64,000 nt of DNA. It comes from Pseudogymnoascus verrucosus (Eukaryota). The position numbers were made by a program, and so were the translations under genes. The notes below the pieces were generated by a model that saw only the letters and a program-made list of their open reading frames with translations, made no database searches and was not told the origin of the DNA. The stretch lies in the NCBI GenBank assembly GCA_001662655.1, contig KV460206.1; one strand, given 5' to 3'. Positions 38,578 through 50,191 of the stretch are shown piece after piece. The number at the start of each line of letters is the position of its first letter. Position 1 is the first letter of the stretch.

Positions 38578-41500
38578 CTACTCTTCTTTACTCTCCACAG
38601 CCTTCTCACTCTGCTCCGGCTCCTTTATTTTCCCATCTTCCTCTCCTTCTTCAGGTTTGCTAACACTCTCACTTTCCGACGGCTTAACAGGCAACGAAGA
38701 AGTCGCCTCGTCTGCGCCTTGGTCTTTGACAGCCTCCTCCTCACCCGTCGTATCAGCAACAGAGGTTTCGTCAACCTCGGTATCCTCTTTCGGAGAGTCA
38801 CTGGCTCCAAACACCTTCTTGACTTCCTTAGACGCACTAGCCGCGGTCTCTGCCACAACCTCCTTTGCGGTTAGCAGGGGGGCCCCAATGGCTGTGGTGA
38901 TAGGAGAAGTCTCCGTCTTCTTGTCCTGTTCCTCAGGCTCAGCGGCTTCAACCTTCTTGTCTTCGGTCGTAACGATTGTATCCTCGGCCTTCTTGGCCTC
39001 CTGCTCGGGCTCAGCAGCTACGACCTCCTTGTCCTCTGTCGAAACCGCCGCAGCCGCAGCCTCAGCCTCAGCCTCAGCTTTCTTCTCCTCGGCCTTCTTC
39101 GCTTCTTCAGCCTTCTTCGCTTCTTCAGCCTTCTTTGCTTCCTCGGCCTTCTTCACCTCCTCNNNNNNNNNNNNNNNNNNNNNNNNNNNNNNNNNNNNNN
39201 NNNNNNNNNNNNNNNNNNNNNNNNNNNNNNNNNNNNNNNNNNNNNNNNNNNNNNNNNNNNNNNNNNNNNNNNGCCTTCTTTGCTTCCTCGGCCTCCTTTA
39301 ACTCCTCAGCTTTCTTTGCTTCCTCGGCCTTCTTTGCTTCCTCAACCCTCTTCGCTTCCTCTCTCTCAGAGATAGAGATCAATTCCCCATCCTCCGGACT
39401 AATCTCCCACACCGACGACACCGAGACCGCAAACTTCTTCCCCGCTGGCGTCGGCATCGGCTCCACCTTCGCCACCACAGCCTTAGCAGGGGCCCTCCTA
39501 GCCGGCCCCCTAGCCCTCCCCTTCCTCGCATCAGCAAGCGGCACCTTCTCCTTCTCCTCCGCCACCTCTTCCTCCTTCTGCTCTTCCTTCTTCGGCGCCT
39601 GCGGACCGAGCTTCAGGCGCTTATTCAGATCCGACATGAACCCGCCCTGGAGCGCCGCGATCTTACTTCCTATCGGCCGCGATGGTACGGGCGGTTTCGG
39701 CTTCGACGCTGCGGCCGCACTGTTCTGCGAGCTGCTGGAGTTGCTCGACTTTTCGGATCCCCCTGATCTTACAGTAGAGAGCGGCGCGCCTTCACCGGAA
39801 TCTCCAGAGGCTTTCTTGACTGGTCGACTAGGTATCACCGGTTTAGAGCGCTCGGGAATAGCAGGTTTGGCCTTCAAAACTGGGGAAGTATTTGGGGACT
39901 TTGCTGCACCAGTTGCGGCGGTCTCTGCCTTCAAATCCGGCTTCTGATCAGACAGTTTCCTCATCGGGCGGGGCGGTATAGATGGCTTCAGCGCCGCTGC
40001 AATGCTAGTAGTCGCAGGTACCTGCTTCTCTTCAAAGCTAGCAGCAGCATCACCCGCAGGGCGGTCTACAGGCGTAGACACATCCTCACTCTGCGGCCCC
40101 GACACAGTCGTCTGAAGTAGCAACGAATCAGGCGAGTCTTCCCAAATATCCCTACTCGGGAATCGCTGCTGCTTCAACCCCTCAGCGGCGATCGATGCAT
40201 TCTGATCCCAGGACTGCTTCTTCAAGAAGCTCTCAGTCTCCTTCTTGCTGAATTCCATGTCGGCCAACTCCTCCTGTCGACGCGCAAATGCCTGTTCGGG
40301 TGTCTCGCCCTTGCGAACTTCTAGGGTTTCTCCAGTGGTTTTAGCGTCATCGGGCCCTTCTGGCAATTGCGGCGTGGAAACAGTGGCGGTTTGCATATGG
40401 GAGTTCGGAGCATCTTCCCAGACGTCTTGAGACGGGAAACGGCGTCCTTTAAGCTCCGAACGAGATTTAAGCTTATCAGCCTCTGTCAGTGGCTTAGCGG
40501 GTGGTTGTTTGCCCTTGTCATCTTCGGGAAACAATGGTTCATACTCCTGAACATCCTCAAGTGGTGGTGAGCGAGGACTTTCAAATTCTCCTTGCCGAGA
40601 TATGCTTGGAATGTCCTGGCTGCTTCTATGGAGACTTGTCGGCCGACTGCCACTGGGAGACAAGCCACTGCCTTGTCTGCTTCTGAAATAGGACTGCTCA
40701 TCATCGTAGTTGTTGTCTTGTAATGGTGAAACAGCCGGCTGAAGCTCATACCCGAGTGGTGTTTTGGCCACCTCGTCTGAAGCCAAAATGGGGACGCCGT
40801 AACCGCTCTCCGTGATGAAACCACCAGCACCAGGGGCGTTGCCGCCTGTAGGTCCAAGATTCTCTGTAGACTCTGCATGCTTGTCGCCTCCGTAGATCCT
40901 GCTAATCCGACGGTTTGGTTCTTCGACGTGCACAACGGTGCCGCCATCGGTTTCATTCGCAAGGCTCGTCTCAGAGGCTTTTTGGGCTGTACGTCCTAGG
41001 CTTTCAGCGGATTCAGCCTTATCGACGGAAGTCGAACCCTCCTTTTTCAACGGCGACATATCAGTTGAAAGCCTTGGTGAAGCCATCCGTGAGATATATT
41101 CGTCTGTGGCGACGTAGCCAATTTGCTCTGTCGGGGTACCAATGAGAGCTGGTGAGTCTAGTAGAGTATTAGCTACCGATATCTTGGTAAAAATAATGAA
41201 GAAGCATACCCAGTCCTGAACTTCTGTTTCCGGTATCCCTAACAATTTTATTCAAATCCTCGCTGCTCATAGCCCAATTGTTTCTCTCCTCGCCGTACGC
41301 ACTAAGCTCTTTCTTCCACAGCTCAGGATGTTTCTCATAGTATGCCTGTTCAAATTTATCCTTAGACATAATCCCATGCCCATGCATCCCATAACTACCA
41401 GGCGGGCCCTCAAAGCCGCGGCCGCTCTTTTGACGTTGGTGGCGTGGCCTGGATCCGTCATTGTGGAATCCAATACCTGGCTGGTACGGGGATTGTGGCG

Positions 41501-42212
41501 AAGGAGAAGGAGCCTGCACCATGCCAGCATTGGGGTACATAGGCACTCTGTGGCCTACGTCAGGGCCATCGGGTTGGTCTTCATTATCCGCCGAAGAAGT
41601 TGGGCGTTCCAGCCCAGCCGATCTTGAGCTAGCAAAGCTGTCTTTCGCCCTCAAAGAATGTTTCTCAAGGTCCCTGTCATCGACAGAAACTCTTTCTTCA
41701 CTCCTTGGCTTTCCGAGACCAAATGCCGCAGCTTGCGACGAGTCGGTCCTTGTGACAGTGTTGATCTGGTCTTTTGCGCTGGACCCAGGCAGCGACGGCC
41801 TAGGAGCATAGAGTTTCAAATCCTCCGCGATATTCCTGGTTTCGTTGGGCGCTCTGGGCGAATCTACGGCATCTGGCGTGCAGATATCCGCATACTCCAT
41901 GCCCTCTTGTCCAACTGAGGGCATATGTGATACGCTCGACGGCCTCGAAGGCGCATCCGACGCTGACGTACGGCCATTCTCCCTCAGATACGATGCATTT
42001 TTGCCGGTGGCGACAAAATCCGGCTCGTTGAGGGGCGAGGGTGCATAGCTGTCTCGCATTGGCGATACGGATCGATCAGCGCGGCGGTTGGGTCGAGGTG
42101 GGATCTTGGGGATGTCGCTGCCCAGTGTGCTGCCGCTGTTCGAGGAAGCTGGCTTCTGGGCTTGGCCCCGCGTCGGGCGGGGAGGGATTTGGGGTATTTG
42201 TTGGGTTGCCAT
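38578..42212 (-). CDS. AIM21: Aim21 (altered inheritance of mitochondria 21)-like actin/capping-protein regulator; 2 exons; spans the assembly gap
   Basis: ATG at 42212; intron 41209-41158; PILASDEV..LQPAVSP, RRFPSQDVWEDAP, GSKIAALQGGFMSDLNKRLKLG, LADARKGRARGPARRAP; ORF continues past the gap to a stop at 38578. Confidence 0.8.
39078..39362 (-). repeat. Coding 18-bp tandem repeat (EEAKKA)n interrupted by the N gap
   Basis: GARGAAGCRAAGAAGGCY units on both sides of the gap. Confidence 0.9.
39163..39272. other. Assembly gap (110 N)
   Basis: Run of N inside the tandem repeat. Confidence 1.
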
Positions 42213-43589
42213 GATTGTACGAGTGTATGATGCGTAGCTGTTGGTCAAGGGATTCTATGGATTGTCAAGGGACTGTTTCCATAGTCAGCATGGTAAGTCT
42301 CAGCAATAAATTGGTAGGCAAGGCACCGTGCATTTAAGAAAACAATGATGAGAACGACAGAAGCAGTCTGATTGATATGGAGGACTTCAAAATAGTAGCA
42401 TTGAGGATGCCCATGAGCGGGTTGAGATTGATGGAGTTCAAGATGTGACCTTGGACTTGCTTGGGCCAGACTCGCGTCATGGCTCCAGCTAGGCTGTTCC
42501 CAAAGCGGAGCGCCATTATCATCTCTCTACCACTAAAATAGAACTAACCTCTCGAATCACAGCGCCTTGAGGGATATATTTCGAATTCCACTGATAAGCA
42601 GACAGCGCAATCACTTACCTACATAAAAGATAAGGCTTCTAAATGTGATATCCGACTGGCGGTGAAACAAGTCGTTAACGCACAGTTGTCGGGCTCTCAT
42701 TAGCAAAACGCCATCGAGATGCGCTGGGCGATCGGAGACATGTTATATTTCGAGGAGAGACGGCCAAGACGATGGCCAGACCACGGGATGCCGACCAAGT
42801 TCATGCACATATTCCAATACGGCCAGTACCTCCAATCCGACGATCGCAAGTAGATATGCGTCCAAACTCTCAGACCGCCTGGATAGTTGTAACAGACTTG
42901 TCATCAAGGGGTACGTTTGAGGTCTATCTCAGAATATCCAACACTTGTCACATTTCGATTTGAGGAGCGTCGATGCGTTCGTAAATGCGCAGTTTGGATA
43001 TAACTATGTTCTCTGTGTTACCAGACTACACGTGCAGAGGTGACTGCTGACCTTTGGGAGCGAGGTATCGCCACTTTCACCCATATACTTGAAGCAATCA
43101 CGAGGAGGAAGTGTGGCGTTAAGGATCGGCTGGCGCCCGTCTGTCTCCACATATGTGCATTACCAGTTAGATATCACCGTTGGATAAGAACATAGAGAGC
43201 ATTGCAAGAGTTCGAAAAGCTCCTCAATATTAAAAAGAAGGTCGCTGTGATGTTGCTGAGTTCCTAGTTTTCACTTTGATACACAACATACATCTGCAAA
43301 GTTGATGCACCAGCATAAACACGCGCTTGCTATAACGTGGATAACCCGCCGCAAGGCACGGCAGCCATCGAATTCCTTCGATCGAGGAGAATACAAATAC
43401 ACACGCCTCCAAAAATCCATGAACGCCCAAGCTCCAAACTGAGAATAGCCCTTCTATACCCAGGTAATGCACACCATATCAGTCGGTCGTTCCATGTCCA
43501 GCAATTCCAGTTTTCGTCCCCTTTCATTGTAGGCCCCCCGCTCACTAACCAGGCGTCACCACGGGGTCTCAAGTCTCCATCTCCCCTCC

Positions 43590-44332
43590 CTACACAATCA
43601 TCTGCGCAACGCCTTGTCCACCGAGGGTCTTGCTACCGGTGAAAGCCTGTCCCTTCAGGCCGGCCGCCGCATATAGCGCAGCCGTAATTGTCAACAGCAC
43701 GGCGGCAGCAATGAGAGATGTGACGCCAACTGCAATGCTGATCCATTGGATGGCAGCCATGACGAAGTAAATCAAAGCGCGCATGTAGTTCGTCGAGAAT
43801 CTCCGCATGAATTCATCGAATGTCGACGAGGTAGGGCAGACTCTCAGGAGGAGCGGGATCTCAATGAAGATGATGATGAATGATGACACCCTATGCAATC
43901 TGATGAGTTTTTGGGGAGCCATGGGGTTGGGGCCGATGACTTACAGGCAGAGCGCACTGAATAGGATAACCAAACTGAGGTGGAACATGTTTGCAATGCC
44001 AAGCGCAAAGCAGAGGAATATGCAAACCACACCCGTCCTGAAGAAAACAATAACCCGTTAGCCATGTCCAAACGTCGGCCCTCCGGAAAATATGGGAAAG
44101 CAAGTCTGATCGATATCCGGTCCCTTGCTTGCTGCGAGCTGGCTCTTCGGAAGCATGTTTGTTTGTTGAGCTTCTCTGGACGCACTAGCCCAGCTTGCAA
44201 GGTGTCAAGAAGAGAGTCTCTTACCATTGCGCGTATATACCTATAGAGCAACGTTAATCACCATACTATCGTTATAAATGCAGTCCAGTACTCACTGAAA
44301 TTCCTCGTGGCGAATTCCTCTGCGATCGTCAT
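43590..44332 (-). CDS. TVP18: Golgi membrane protein Tvp18; 4 exons
   Basis: MTIAEEFATRNFS|IYAQW|TGVVCIFLCFALGIAN...FIEIPLLLRVCPTS..GSKTLGGQGVAQMIV; 16-nt exon at 44225-44240. Confidence 0.9.
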
Positions 44333-45070
44333 CGTTGCTGATTTCTTTGAAAGCTATTGGGTATCGGTGGCTGTCGCAGCAGCGGGTTAGCAGAGGCTCG
44401 CCAGGTTGCTGATGGCTTTCTCTGTGCCCGTCTCGTCAATACTCACTATTGTTTAGGTTCTTGGTAGAAGCTGCAGATAGAGCAATACAGAGCTTTTGGT
44501 TGTTTCAATATTCTGTTTACCTATTCAAGGTCAGACTGAGGGTCCTTTTGTTACGCAGCTTTGAGAGATGCCGCGTAGCTTACGGTCCCACGCTAAGCCT
44601 TTCACGGATTTATGCGGCAGGCACCGGGAATATGCACTCGTCAGTGATCACTTCCTCAAATTTACTTTTACATTACTGTCTATCTGTTACAGGCACCAAC
44701 AATTTGGCCTCCGTGTATTCAATGGTGTATATATAGAGGTCTGTTGGAAGCAAGTGATCTCGCATTTCCTGTCCACTTACATCACGAGTTCGGGAGCTAT
44801 ATACTTTGGGTTAAAGCGGGACTTTTGTGACACTGTTCAACAGCGCTTCAGGTCATCAGGTCGAAGTGGTTACACAGTCTCGCTGTATATTCTATTTGAA
44901 GCAGCTTGTGAGAGCTATCATAACATTCAAAACAATTCTGTGTACGTATTGGATATCTTCTTTTATTCGTCATCAAAGTCTGGCTGCACTATGCAAGCAA
45001 AAGCACATTACGCTCCACAGGGCAGGTCTTGGCTGTCTATATTCCCACCAGCCTAGCACTTTTGGCGCCA

Positions 45071-45906
45071 CTAACCGAACACGAGCTTGAAGATGTCGTT
45101 GAAGATGAAGTAGCTTCCGGCTCCGTCAGGCAGAAGCTGGAAACACTGGCTGTAGTTCATTGGTCTCTGCTCCTCATCGACCTACAACAGAATTAGCTCT
45201 TATCGAAGAGGCGCAGTCGTAACGGTATAACGTTTCCGATCCGGTTGGAGGCGGGGTAACTAACCAAGAGAGCACCGGTAACCAAGATGATGATGCCACC
45301 ACCCTCGACTGGCTGCGCGTCCAAAGTCGACACTTGATGCTTGACCTTAGCAAATGGGAGAGACTGAGCATTGTAATGATTAGTATTAGGCCACTGGAAG
45401 CGCATCACAGGCAGCACATACCGTAAGCTTCTCAACAATAGGCCCGGCACCAGCGACAGCGGCGGACTCGAAAGTCAACATGGAGTTGTCGCGCTGTGTG
45501 AGAACCACCTGTCAGTCCCTTTGTCTAGTGAATAGTATTGAAGCACGGGTGCTCACGTAAAGAGGAGCCAGCTGTGATCTATCGGCATCGAACTGGTTGT
45601 AATAAAAATCCGTAAACTGCTCTGTTCCCAAGACTTAGCAAAGGCCCGTCGCTACAAGGCTACCAGCGCGTCGATTGCGCGAAATAAATAGAGGTATCTT
45701 CGCATGGCCAAGTTTGGCCATATCGTACTGGTATATTACTCACTCGCGATTCCTGCAAAGTCTATAATGAAGTGGTTAGCTTTGGATATTCTTTGGCGGG
45801 GTTATTTCAGCGACAACGGACAACAGACAACGCAGAGGTTTGCGCTGCTCGCGGTCCGACAAGGGCATCAATAAGAGAAGAGTAAATGAAATCACTCACC
45901 AGCCAT
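45071..45906 (-). CDS. NTF2: Nuclear transport factor 2; 6 short exons, mostly missed by the ORF track
   Basis: Spliced product [39 protein letters not shown]...IVEKLTSLPFAKVKHQVSTLDAQP..LVTGALLVDEEQRPMNYSQCFQL..YFIFNDIFKLVFG*. Confidence 0.95.
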
Positions 45907-46099
45907 CTTGAATGCTGTATCGCTGTTGCGATGGTTTATCAAGCGTAAAAAAGGTTTATGGTTCTGCTCAGAAAGGCAGAGTGCTGTTCATGGAGGGGTC
46001 CGATATACAAATGAGACAACAAGCTTGTTGTGCCTCAGGTAGCAACGGCGCTAGTGACTAGCGGGAAATTATTTACTTATGCCTTTCAACCGTTCATCT

Positions 46100-46520
46100 T
46101 CTCTCCTTCCCAATCTTCGTTCTCTACAAATTCTCGTCCTTCGTTGCTTCCTGAATTTGATTTGTGCTAGACACATTTCAGGCTCAATTAATCTTCTCTA
46201 GATGGTATGTTTCTCTCCAGCTTTTCCTTCACAACCCAGCATATTATGATGATAAAACCTTCCATTAAGAACGGCCAGCGGAATCTTCCATGTCGAGACA
46301 ATCAATTATCAAGCTCAACAGTCTGATCTATATGCACATTTACACATATTCAAACATATTTGTACTGGCACAGAATGCTAACAATCTGTTCGCACAGGTC
46401 TTTTCCCTCGAGTTTGGTGTCTTCACCGCCTCCCAGAGCCACATGAGCCTGGTCCTATTCTAAACCCATATATGGTGTGACGAGGATCTCTATTTTGGCC
46501 CTTTATAATAATAAAAAGGC
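46100..46520 (+). ncRNA. Putative spliced snoRNA host transcript (non-coding or 22-aa micro-ORF); ends approximate
   Basis: Donor GTATGT 46205, branch GCTAAC near 46377, acceptor CAG 46397; CT-rich TSS-like tract 46090-46150; AATAATAAAA near 46508. Confidence 0.65.
46239..46335 (+). ncRNA. Intronic dual-guide box C/D snoRNA
   Basis: Box C ATGATGA 46246-46252; guide TAAGAACGGCCA 46266-46277; D' CGGA 46279-46282; C' ATGTCGA 46290-46296; guide TCAAGCTCAACAG 46309-46321; D CTGA 46323-46326; flanking stem GCATAT/ATATGC. Confidence 0.88.
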
Positions 46521-47282
46521 TTAAAATGATATATTTTACAAAGAACTGCACCTTTTGTGACTCCATTATCGTCTTGAGAAATGTTGAAATAATTAGGGCA
46601 CATTTAAATGCCATTTTAGTTTCCCATAAATGTGTCTTATATGGTTCTAAAAGGGTTGAGCTACCGTACTTGGAAGACAGTGGGCGGCTATTGTGTGTAC
46701 ATTACATGATATAAACAAGGTCAACGACTGCCCCGCACGACTATAATGCTATACAAGCTGTAATATTGGGATATTTATTCGGATTCAGATAAGCATAATA
46801 AGATATTATTTATTTATTGTCTGACCATCCAGCTCCAGCTCGTCGAGTAAACGTTGAACAGCCCATCCTAGAATAAAGAAATCGAATGTCCTCAGTCTCG
46901 TGGGGTTGTGTCGTCTCACTCTCTCCCTCACGCTACCTCTGTTTGGTCAGACATGCGGCGGTCAGGCTGCACCAGCACCACCTTCGCATCTCGCTTCACC
47001 AACTTTGTAACTTCTGCATCTCAGCTGCTTTACCCACAGAGCTTATTTCTCTTTCACAAGGAGCTGAGGCAACCCTACTAAGGATTGATATATTGCTTCT
47101 GTTCTTTCAACGCTTCACGGACCTCGCGTCCCCACTCCAGCAAGCTCGACCTCCAACCTCCAACCTCGCCCAATCATCATTCCCCCCCTCCTCACCTGAG
47201 CCCGCCACTTCACCAAATCGTCCTCAAAGCCCGTAAAGCCTGTATCTCTTGTCGCGCTGCAGCTGGCTCAGCCAACAGCCAA

Positions 47283-49170
47283 ATGCCTTGTTTCAAAGGA
47301 ATAGCAGTGTCCGTCCACGCTGAAGGGGCGCCACTTCCAGAGTACTCGGTTCAGAAGCAGTCGCGCGTGTCCCGCGTCAACACCTACATCCCGGTCCCGC
47401 AAGCTCATGTCCCCAAGGATTCCCTCTCCAATAAGCCGGAACCTTCCCGGTTTGCTATCTCGATCACTCTCCTCACTTCCGGCATAGCTGTTCCTTACTC
47501 GACTCCAAAGGCCACTGCCGACAAACCTTACCCGCGTGCCCAGATTGTCTCCGACCCCTCCAATAAATCTGCCGACAAAGGACCACATGGCGTGATTGGA
47601 CCCTATATACCGATTACAAACTCTGAAAACGAAACTATAGCTGCATATATTTATTTCGATGGGCGCCCAAAGGAGGAGGTGGCTACATTGTTGCGCCCTG
47701 GAGAGGAGACATGGGTAAACTCGAGATGGGTGCAAGTCCCAGACTCCGAAGGCGGGGGCCTTGCTGAGCGAGAGTTTCTATTCCGCGAGGTGGGCCTAGA
47801 GCGCTGGCTTAATGGACTGGATCTCGATGGTGGCAAGGATGCTGCCGCGAAGCTCGAACGACGCCGGCAGAAGTTTGAGAAGAGGCGCAGTCGTCGGCGG
47901 ACTGGGAACGGCGACATTGACATGTCGCCAACAAAGAAGATGGGAGATGATGTGTTACGCTACGGAGACAGTGAGGGAGCACCAGTTGAGAAGCTATCTG
48001 ATGATGATGCTATCTCTGACTGGAGCTCTGATGATGATGCGCCCCCCGAAGCGGCTGGTCAGATCAAAGTTGCTATGTTCAGAGTGCTAGCATCAGGAGA
48101 AATCAAGAGGGGTGAATACTCTCCACAATTCGACGCGCATGACGACGATGAAGGCTCTGAGGGCGGCAACAAAGATGCAAATGGAGGATCGTCCGAAGCC
48201 GATATCGATCACACGACAAGCTTTGCTAAGCCCAAAACTCTGGATCCGAAATCTATCAGCACACAAACAGTCACTGGCATTGATGGACCCGACAAGCCAT
48301 ATGCTGTCTTCACATTTTTCTACAGGGGCGAACGTAAGTACCAAAGGCACCTAAATTTCTGAGACTCAAAGCTAACTGAATACAGGCCAACTGCAGAAGA
48401 TGGGCATCCTCGACTCTTCGAAGCAAGCGAAGACAACTCCAGCAGCCGCCAAGCGTGGATCTACACAAATGGACTTCTCAAATCTCGGCCCCTTGAAACC
48501 AGGCGGCACGGTTGGCTTTTCCGCCTTCAGAGACAATGAGGACTCAGCGCGGAAGGCTAAAGCTAGAAAAGCAAGCAACGGCAGCATACTTGAAGACAGC
48601 GACGATGACGATGATGATATAGACATTGTTGGTAAAATGGAGGAGGCCGATGATAAAGATGTCAAGGCCATGCTCAGCCCCGAGGACGCAAAGTACTCTG
48701 GAGAATTAGCTGAAGGCGTCGGCAGAATTAAGGTATGCATTGAGCACCCTCTTCCTCCTTAAATCCACCAACTAACACACCCTCAGCTGAAACGCCAACA
48801 CTCCGCCGACCCTCTAGGCGGTGCTCGCCAGTCCCCTGTATCCGCCGGCACACCCTCCGGAACAGTGACTCCCCCAGCCACCACCGAAGCGCCCACCGCA
48901 ACCCCCGCCATGGACATCACTAACAACATGTTCGGCAAGACCGCTCTCCCCGACGACTCCGTCATCGGCAGCCCCCTCAAGAAGCAGCGCGCTACAACCT
49001 TCAGCGCCACGCCCGAGGAGGCCAAGACCCTCCTGAACTCCGCGGGCATCCCGCTCCCATCCGGAAACATCCTCAGTCTTGCCGAGGCAGCCCATTCAAA
49101 CACTGTCCCTCCGCCACAAGTGCCTACAGTTAATTTCCCCAAGGCCGAGATGGAGGAGGAGGAGCTGTAG
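47283..49170 (+). CDS. Conserved fungal hypothetical protein; 3 exons
   Basis: MPCFKGIAVSV..PLPEY, AAYIYFDG, EREFLFREVG, GQIKVAMFR, PYAVFTFFYR; introns 48334-48385 and 48733-48786. Confidence 0.75.
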
Positions 49171-50191
49171 ATGGGCCGCTTTGAGGATAAATGCATATAT
49201 CCCCTATCTCCTTATTGCATCGACACTGGCGTTGTTGGGTATCTATCTATATGGGAGTGTGGTTTGGCCTGAATGGTTTTCATGAGAGGGCCGGGGTGGG
49301 GTGGGGGAGGGCGGCGAGGTTTTGACCGTTGGGGGGAATGCTATTGCTGTTTTAGCTTCAGAGCAAGTATCTATTGGTTTGGGTGGGAAGGAGGGGGGTC
49401 GCTTAGAAACACAGATGAGATGGGGAGATGGTGCTCGCAAGCAATGTAGGTAGCATTTTGTATTATACCCGGCGATGAGGGAGATGGGTCTCCGAATAGA
49501 TTTGTATTTAAACCCGCTGGTTACATTGGCATCTGTGAATGTGTTTTTCGAAGACCAGCCATAGATATGAAGCTGTCCTGGCAGTCTACCCTTCTAACTA
49601 CTACATACAGCAAATAGATCTAGATATCACTTGACAATTCACACCATTGCGAGGAAAACAACGTATTCAATCGGCAAAAAACTCCATTATATTTTACATA
49701 AACGGTTACACCCACCCACCAATCCCAAACTCCCATTAGACCCCCTCATATAAATAAATAAAAAGCGCAGCAAAAGAGCCCCAGTCCCAACGCCATATGT
49801 GTGACATCCATGGGTTCTATCCCTTCCCTCATCCCCATTCCGCGCTGCCTAGCCCCGCCGGCAACAGCAAAGCAAAAGCCTCGTAAAAGAAACATGCATC
49901 CCCTCCCGAAACCCCATACGCTTTGTTGTTCCCGCTCGACATTAGTGCGGGGCAAAAGGCGTCCATTATCGTTTTGAGAGATGCATTATCCACCGTTTAA
50001 AACCCGACGCTCGCTATGCAGGGAACCAGAGACTCTCCAAATCGTCATGTCATGCGCCGCCAATGGATGGTAAAAGTTTTTATGTAAACAATTGAAAAAT
50101 CACAGCTTTGTGGAAATCGTATCCTTTGTTCCCAGAGTATGCTCGAGTCAACAATAGTCTGGTGAATCAGAAGAGAGCGTAAGGGAGCGCT

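Noticed and set aside
39125..39272. Apparent frameshift and early stop in AIM21
   Set aside because: The frame change occurs across an estimated-length N gap inside a tandem repeat
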